Positions 58,521-64,000 of a stretch of DNA of 64,000 nt are shown here, one piece after another; position 1 is the first letter of the stretch, and the number at the start of each line of letters is the position of its first letter. This stretch comes from Actinomycetota bacterium (GTDB lineage: Bacteria > Actinomycetota > AC-67), in the NCBI GenBank assembly GCA_046713235.1, contig JBKKBZ010000116.1, forward strand, positions 2,742-66,741, in the 5' to 3' direction. The notes under the pieces are model-generated. The model worked only from the letters and a program-made list of their open reading frames with translations. It made no database searches and was not told the DNA's origin. Both the position numbers and the translations under genes were made by a program.

Positions 58521-60035
58521 TCACAGCCCGAGGATCTGGAACCAGAACTTCTGCTCCTTGCTCGGAAGCTGGTCTACCTGGATGTACTTCGTCTGCTGGT
58601 ACTCGCGGATGCCCCAGAGGCCGAGTTCGCGGCCGACGCCAGACTGCTTGTAGCCGCCGAACGGTCCGAAGCCGGACACCAGGTGGTAATCGTTGATCCA
58701 CACCGTGCCGGTCCTCATGCGCTTCGCCACGCCGATCGCTCGCGGGATGTCGCGTGACCACACGCCGCCGCCGAGCCCGTAGATCGAGTCGTTCGCCATG
58801 CGGATCGCGTCCTCGACGCCCTCGTAGCGGATGACCGACAGCACCGGCCCGAAGATCTCCTCCTGCGCAATTTTCATTCCGTTGTCTACTTCGCCGAAGA
58901 TCGTCGGCTTGTAGTAGTAGCCGCCCTCGTGCCCGGCAACAGTGACGGCTTCGCCGCCGGTGACCAGCTTGGCGCCTTCCTCGAGCCCGGTCCGTACGTA
59001 GCGATCGATGGTCTCGAACTGCGTGCGGTGAACGATCGGCCCCAAGTCGCTGGAGAAGTCCATTGCCGGCCCGACGGTCAGGCCCTCGGAAAGCTCCACC
59101 ATGCGGGCCACGACCTCGTCGTACAGCGACGCCGGTACGAAGCAGCGCGTCCCCGAGTGGCAGATCTGCCCCGAGTGCAGGAACGTCGCCCAGAGAGATC
59201 CCGGAATAGCGATGTCTAGGTCGGCATCCTCCAGGATGATGTTTGCGCTCTTGCCGCCGAGCTCGAGCGTGACTTTTTTCACCGTCGGAGCGGCGAGCTG
59301 CATGACGCGCCGGCCGACCTCCGTCGAACCCGTGAACGCGACCTTGTCGACGAGCGGATTAGAGGCTAGCTCCTCACCGGCCGCACCGCCGGCGCCGGGC
59401 ACAACATTCAGAACTCCCGGTGGAATGAGGTCGGACTCCGTCACGATCTTTCCGAACTCCGCGGTGGACATGGGCGTGTACGTCGCGGGCTTTACGATCA
59501 TGGAGTTACCGGCCGCGAGACCCGGCGCGACCTTCCACATCATCAAGATGAAGGGGAAGTTCCACGGAGTGATCGCCGAGCAAACGCCGTACGGCTCGCG
59601 CCGCACCATGCCCCACGCCGGCGCCGGATAGTCGATGGCCTCCACGGGCTCGTACTCGCCGAGCTTGCCGGCCATCTGCGCGGTGGCGCGCCAGTTCTCG
59701 ATGCCGAGCGGAATCGAGAACATGTTCGCCATCCGAATGGTGTGCCCGCCGTCGTGCGCCTCGATGTCGGAGAGCACGGCCTGCCTTTCCTGGAGGATGT
59801 GCCACAGCTTCACCATCCGGTCGGTGCGCTCGGCGATCGGCATCTCCGACCACACTCCCGAGTCGAAGGACGCCCGCGCGGCTTCACAGGCGCGCTTGAC
59901 GTCCTCGCGCCCGCCGCGGGCAATGCGCCCGACGACATCGCCGTCCGACGGGTCGGTGCTCTCGAACGTCGCCCCGTCTGCGGCATCGACGAACTGCCCG
60001 TCGATGAGGAGCTGATACTCGCGGATGTCCGCCAT
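58521..60035 (-). CDS. NAD-dependent aldehyde dehydrogenase.
   Basis: ELGGKSAN; catalytic Cys in GQICHSGTR; 504 aa. Confidence 0.93.
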   Translation of the reverse strand: MADIREYQLLIDGQFVDAADGATFESTDPSDGDVVGRIARGGREDVKRACEAARASFDSGVWSEMPIAERTDRMVKLWHILQERQAVLSDIEAHDGGHTIRMANMFSIPLGIENWRATAQMAGKLGEYEPVEAIDYPAPAWGMVRREPYGVCSAITPWNFPFILMMWKVAPGLAAGNSMIVKPATYTPMSTAEFGKIVTESDLIPPGVLNVVPGAGGAAGEELASNPLVDKVAFTGSTEVGRRVMQLAAPTVKKVTLELGGKSANIILEDADLDIAIPGSLWATFLHSGQICHSGTRCFVPASLYDEVVARMVELSEGLTVGPAMDFSSDLGPIVHRTQFETIDRYVRTGLEEGAKLVTGGEAVTVAGHEGGYYYKPTIFGEVDNGMKIAQEEIFGPVLSVIRYEGVEDAIRMANDSIYGLGGGVWSRDIPRAIGVAKRMRTGTVWINDYHLVSGFGPFGGYKQSGVGRELGLWGIREYQQTKYIQVDQLPSKEQKFWFQILGL

Positions 60036-60107
60036 GGGTGGCCTCCCGGTGCCCGGTGAAGAAGTGCTCGAATTATCGCAGCGAGGGTCTTCCGGGGACC
60101 AGCCCGG

Positions 60108-60995
60108 TCAGCCGCGCTTTGGCTTCATTCCCAGGGCCAGCAGCGCGTCGCGGAGATCCACGAGGTGTTCGGGGAACCGCTCGGCGAATGTGCGGCGGAC
60201 GCGCTGGCGGAACCCTTCCCATAGCTTCGGGCCGAGCATGGACCTCACGAACCGGCCGACGGCTTCGGTTTCCAGACCGACGATGAGGTCCTCCCGCGAC
60301 ATGCGGAAGCGGTACTCGCGCTTTTCAACCCGGACCGGCCGCAGGCCGGCGTCGCGCAGCACCGCCTCGAGCTTGGCCGGAACCGACAGCGCCTCCGCCC
60401 AGGGAGTCTCCTCTTTTATCGCGCCGCGCAGGACCTCGATGCCGACGGCTTCCTCGACGAGCTCCCGCCACGCGCGCATGAATTGGTCCTCCCCGGCAGC
60501 CCACGTCGAGACGGCGAGCCTGCCGCCGGGCCGCAGTGCGCGAAGGAGGTCGAAGAGCGCCGTGTCGAGCTTCGTGAAGTAGGGCAGGGTGAAGCATGCC
60601 ATGGCCACGTCGAACGCCCCGTCCTGCAGCGGAAGATCGAGCACCTCGGCCGCGACCACGACGAGTTCCGGCCGTGCGCGGCGAGATACCTCCAGCATTC
60701 GGACGGCCGGTTCCACGCCGATCGTCAGGCCCTCCGGCCCGGTGATGGCGGCGGCCTCCTTGGTGCCGGCCCCCGTGCCGGCTCCAATGTCGAGCACACG
60801 TTCACCGGAGCGCACCTCCGCGACGGCGAGCAGGTCGGCGGCGACCATCCTCGTGTGGGGCGCATGGGTGCGGTCGTAGTCTTCCGCGACCGCGTCGTAG
60901 GATCGCCAATCGAACCCGGTCTCGCGCTCGCGTCCCGGCGCTTCCGAAGAAGCTCGGCGGTCGCCCGGTTCTTTCCGGCCGAAGAAGCGTCTCAT
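60108..60995 (-). CDS. Class I SAM-dependent methyltransferase.
   Basis: Motif I VLDIGAGTGAGT. Start taken at M136 of the track ORF. Confidence 0.75.
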   Translation of the reverse strand: MRRFFGRKEPGDRRASSEAPGRERETGFDWRSYDAVAEDYDRTHAPHTRMVAADLLAVAEVRSGERVLDIGAGTGAGTKEAAAITGPEGLTIGVEPAVRMLEVSRRARPELVVVAAEVLDLPLQDGAFDVAMACFTLPYFTKLDTALFDLLRALRPGGRLAVSTWAAGEDQFMRAWRELVEEAVGIEVLRGAIKEETPWAEALSVPAKLEAVLRDAGLRPVRVEKREYRFRMSREDLIVGLETEAVGRFVRSMLGPKLWEGFRQRVRRTFAERFPEHLVDLRDALLALGMKPKRG

Positions 60996-61058
60996 GCCGC
61001 CTGAGCCTACCGCGACAGGGTTTCGGGCCGCCGATATGCTCGCCGTGTGCGTGCGCGA

Positions 61059-61733
61059 ATGGCTCCGGTTCTGCTCCTTGCCGTCACCTCGCTCGTGCCG
61101 GCGCAGTCGCGTGCCGTCGTCACCTGGACCGTCACGATTCGCGATTGCTCGTTCAGGCCCGATTTCCGCGCGATCGAGGTCGGCGACTCCGTGATGTGGT
61201 CCTACGACGAAGGGGACTGCAATCCGGCCAATCACCGAGTAAGAACCTTCGGTTCGCCACCGGAGTCGTTCGATTCGGGGGAATGCGACGGACCATTCAG
61301 CCCGGAGCCGTCGTGTTTGAACGATCAGCCCTTCAGGCAGGAGCGCTATCAGAAGGCCTTTCCCTCTGCCGGCACGTACAACTACTACTGTCCCATCCAC
61401 TCCGAAGTCGTCGGCTCGCGGTGCACAGGCAGCATGTGTGGTCAGATTCGTGTGGTCGCCGAACCGAGCATCTCTCCCCCGCCCCCGCCGCCACCAACCT
61501 CGCCTCCGCCGAGCCCTCGGCGCACCAGTCCGAGCCCGACGCCGTCGGGAACGGCAACCGGCACCGTCACGGCAACACCGACGGCTACGGCAACGGCCAC
61601 GATCCTCGGCCGCGGAGACGATGAACCCGGAGGCGGCGGCGGGTCCAGATGGCTCATCGCGCTCCTTGCGGTCGCCGTGCTCGGGGCAGCCGCATTCTTT
61701 GTCTGGCGCACCTACATCGCGGCCCCGGACTGA
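61059..61733 (+). CDS. Secreted cupredoxin-like (type-1 blue copper) protein with a Pro-rich linker and a C-terminal TM anchor.
   Basis: Signal peptide; copper-site pattern YYCPIH...M; PPPPPPPTSPPPSP linker; C-terminal helix. Confidence 0.7.
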   Translation: MAPVLLLAVTSLVPAQSRAVVTWTVTIRDCSFRPDFRAIEVGDSVMWSYDEGDCNPANHRVRTFGSPPESFDSGECDGPFSPEPSCLNDQPFRQERYQKAFPSAGTYNYYCPIHSEVVGSRCTGSMCGQIRVVAEPSISPPPPPPPTSPPPSPRRTSPSPTPSGTATGTVTATPTATATATILGRGDDEPGGGGGSRWLIALLAVAVLGAAAFFVWRTYIAAPD

Positions 61734-61777
61734 GGCGGGAATCGCCGGCCGCGGTGAGGTTCCGTATCATCCGCGAT

Positions 61778-62137
61778 GTGCGCAAGGTTTCGATCCTTCC
61801 GGTGGTGGGTCTCCTGGCCGCCCTTTTCATGGCCCTGCCCGGCGGGAACTCCGGAGAGAAGGTGACGCTGCGCGAGTCCGTCTTCGCTCCGGCAAGGAAG
61901 CACGTCCAGGTTGGGGAGACCGTCTGGTTCGACAACCGGAGCCGGAACACTCACACGGCCACGTGTCGGAACTGCCCCCGCGACACCGGCGACATTCAGC
62001 CCGGCCTGGCCAAGCCGCTCACGTTCCACAAAGAGGGAGTGTTCGTCCTGCTCTGCCGGTATCACGGTGAAGCCGGGATGGTTGTGGAGATCACCGTCGG
62101 CGAGCCAACCACGTCGCCCGCTCCGATCCCGTCGTAG
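61778..62137 (+). CDS. Second cupredoxin (plastocyanin/amicyanin-like) with a signal peptide.
   Basis: C-x2-H-x4-M in LLCRYHGEAGM and an upstream His (NTHTA). GTG start is uncertain. Confidence 0.6.
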   Translation: MRKVSILPVVGLLAALFMALPGGNSGEKVTLRESVFAPARKHVQVGETVWFDNRSRNTHTATCRNCPRDTGDIQPGLAKPLTFHKEGVFVLLCRYHGEAGMVVEITVGEPTTSPAPIPS

Positions 62138-62318
62138 ACGGCAGGAGAGTGTCACACCACGCAGCTACGGTTGATCCTCGTAACCGGGTCACGGATGGAG
62201 GTCCGAGGGGTGCGATGGTATGCTTAGCCGTGCGGCGGCCCGGACCACACCGTCGGCAGAGATCTCACCCCTGTTCCTTCCCAAGGGGAAGGGACCGTAT
62301 AGACCAGAGGAGGTGAGG

Positions 62319-62618
62319 ATGGCGGACCGGCGCCAATACGAAGTGATGCTCATCCTCGACCCGAGGGTCGAGGATGCCTCCATCCAGCAGGCGATCGAAC
62401 GGTATCTCGACGTCGTGCGCCAACGCGGTGGCGAGGTGACCAAGCTGGACCATTGGGGGCGGCGAAAGCTCTCCTTCGAGATGCAGCATCTCAAGGAGGG
62501 CTACTACGCCGTCGCCGCGGTGCTGGCGGAACCTGCTGCAATGAACGAGCTGGACCGCGTCTTGCGGCTCCAGGACGAGCTGTTTCGTCACAAGATCGTT
62601 CGACCCGGTAAGGATTAA
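62319..62618 (+). CDS. rpsF: 30S ribosomal protein S6.
   Basis: MADRRQYEVMLILDPRVED...; GAGGAGGTGAGG SD. Confidence 0.92.
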   Translation: MADRRQYEVMLILDPRVEDASIQQAIERYLDVVRQRGGEVTKLDHWGRRKLSFEMQHLKEGYYAVAAVLAEPAAMNELDRVLRLQDELFRHKIVRPGKD

Positions 62619-62651
62619 TCGGAAGTCCTTCCCCGGGAGGAGGAAAGCAAG

Positions 62652-63104
62652 ATGGCGATCGGCAACTCAGTCGTGTTGGTCGGGAACCTGACCGACGACC
62701 CGGAGCTGCGTTTCACGCCCCAAGGCGTGGCCGTGGCGAACTTCCGGATGGCCGTCAATCAGCGCTTCAAAGACCAGCAGGGCAACTGGCAAGACGGCGA
62801 GACGTCGTATTTCCGTGTGAACTGCTGGAGGCAGCTCGCGGAGAACATCGCCGAGACACTGACGCGGGGCTCCCGCGCGATCGTGAGCGGGAGACTGAAA
62901 TTCCGTCAGTGGGAAACGCAGGACGGCGAGACGCGCTCGGTCGTAGAGATCGAGGCGGAAGAAGTCGGACCGTCGCTGCGCTTCGCAACGGCGAAGGTGG
63001 AGAAGGTGGCGCGGGGCGGCGGCACTGGTGGCACGCCGGCCGGCGGCGACGATTGGGACGCTTCCTCGGCGGCGACACCGCCCGCCGACGACGTTCCGTT
63101 CTAG
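62652..63104 (+). CDS. ssb: Single-stranded DNA-binding protein.
   Basis: OB-fold N-terminus; Gly-rich tail ending in the acidic tip DDVPF. Confidence 0.93.
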   Translation: MAIGNSVVLVGNLTDDPELRFTPQGVAVANFRMAVNQRFKDQQGNWQDGETSYFRVNCWRQLAENIAETLTRGSRAIVSGRLKFRQWETQDGETRSVVEIEAEEVGPSLRFATAKVEKVARGGGTGGTPAGGDDWDASSAATPPADDVPF

Positions 63105-63120
63105 AGACGCAGTGGGAGGC

Positions 63121-63153
63121 GGGTGACGGCTTCGGGGAAGGAGTCCGTCACCC
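63121..63153 (+). promoter_or_regulatory. 9-bp-stem hairpin (GGGTGACGG ... CCGTCACCC, 15-nt loop) in the ssb-rpsR intergenic region, followed by CCCGTTT.
   Basis: Seen in the sequence. Possible attenuator, terminator or RNA processing site within the S6 operon. Confidence 0.3.
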
Positions 63154-63182
63154 CGTCTCCCGTTTGAGGAGGACGTTGAGAC

Positions 63183-63500
63183 ATGGGACGAGAAGGCAGA
63201 ACGCCGAAGGGGAAGGGCCGCGACCGGGATCGCGATCGCGGCCGTGATGGCGGCCGTGATGGCGGCCGTGAAGGCAAGGGCGGGTTCCGGCGTCATAGGC
63301 CCAAGGTGTGCCAGTTCTGCGCCGAGAAGGCGACGTGGGTGGACTACAAGGACGTGCAGTTGCTCCGCCGCTTCGTGTCGGACCGCGGCAAGATTCGTGC
63401 GCGCCGTGTGACCGGGACTTGCGCACAGCATCAACGCGACGTCGCCACGGCCGTCAAGAACGCTCGCGAGATGGCCCTGATCCCCTACGCAGCGCGATGA
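63183..63500 (+). CDS. rpsR: 30S ribosomal protein S18 with an Arg/Asp/Gly-rich N-terminal low-complexity extension.
   Basis: Conserved core CQFCAEK...VDYKDV...FVSDRGKI. The N-terminal extension is encoded by GGCCGTGATGGC tandem repeats. Confidence 0.88.
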   Translation: MGREGRTPKGKGRDRDRDRGRDGGRDGGREGKGGFRRHRPKVCQFCAEKATWVDYKDVQLLRRFVSDRGKIRARRVTGTCAQHQRDVATAVKNAREMALIPYAAR

Positions 63501-63943
63501 AGGTCATCCTGACCCAAGAGGTGCGGGCACTCGGCGTCCCCGGCGACGTCGTCGACGTAGCCGACGGTTACGGCCGCAACTATCTGATCCCACGAGGCTA
63601 TGCGCGCCGTGCGACGCCGGGATCCCTCAAACAGGTCGACGTGATCCGCCGCACCCGCGAGCTGCGTGAGATTCGCGACCGCGACAAGGCGCAAGAGCTC
63701 GCCGACCAGCTCGCGAAGTTGCGCGTGCGTATCGGCGCGAAGGCCGGCGATCAAGGCCGCCTCTTCGGACAGGTGACGCCCAACGCCGTCGCCGAGGCTA
63801 TCACCAAGGCGGGTGGCCCGAAGGTCGACAAACGCCGCCTGAATTTCGAGGGTCCGATCAAGCACCTCGGCGCCCACCCGGTGTCGATCAGGCTGCATCC
63901 CGAGGTGGAGGCCACCTTCCAGATCGAGATCACGAAGGTGTAA
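63497..63943 (+). CDS. rplI: 50S ribosomal protein L9.
   Basis: MKVILTQEV...[20 protein letters not shown] overlaps the rpsR stop (ATGA). Confidence 0.92.
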   Translation: MKVILTQEVRALGVPGDVVDVADGYGRNYLIPRGYARRATPGSLKQVDVIRRTRELREIRDRDKAQELADQLAKLRVRIGAKAGDQGRLFGQVTPNAVAEAITKAGGPKVDKRRLNFEGPIKHLGAHPVSIRLHPEVEATFQIEITKV

Positions 63944-64000
63944 CTGCTTCTGGGCGGCGGTTTGTGGCTGCCGCGTGACGGTTTGGTCCGGGCCATGTTC

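Noticed and set aside
60996-61400. N-terminal 135 aa of ORF 60108..61400.
   Set aside because: Overlaps the cupredoxin gene on the opposite strand. The methyltransferase fold begins after M136.

Overview
High-GC (about 70%) actinobacterial-type chromosome segment covering the replication origin and two neighbouring conserved clusters, almost all coding. It runs: glnA-glnR, then gyrA/gyrB/DciA/recF/dnaN/dnaA with RtcB-archease, DUF3566 and tRNA-Ile downstream of gyrA, then the divergent rpmH-rnpA-yidD-yidC-jag-rsmG-parA-parB block, then a cell-wall/redox cluster (cwlM, trxA, trxB, anti-sigma/sigM, alr, FemX-like, pseudokinase, murJ, DUF6049), then pilT, CCA-adding enzyme, Ni-superoxide dismutase sodN with its protease sodX, a patatin-like lipase, ino1-padR-DUF5318-ponA1, two GT-C membrane proteins, hemQ, an aldehyde dehydrogenase / DUF779 pair split by an insertion, two cupredoxins and rpsF-ssb-rpsR-rplI. 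Putative oriC DnaA-box clusters flank dnaA. Synteny matches the mycobacterial/streptomycete origin-proximal region. No CRISPR array or transposase is visible. Apparent local insertions are rtcB-archease, hicAB plus an enolase-superfamily gene inside the trx cluster, and a DUF559 block splitting ALDH from DUF779. There is also a tandem array of CGATATATCG palindromes upstream of padR. Many long ORFs in the six-frame track are antisense GC-frame artefacts. Coordinates of features not anchored to the ORF track (hairpins, repeats, tRNA) may be off by 1-2 nt.
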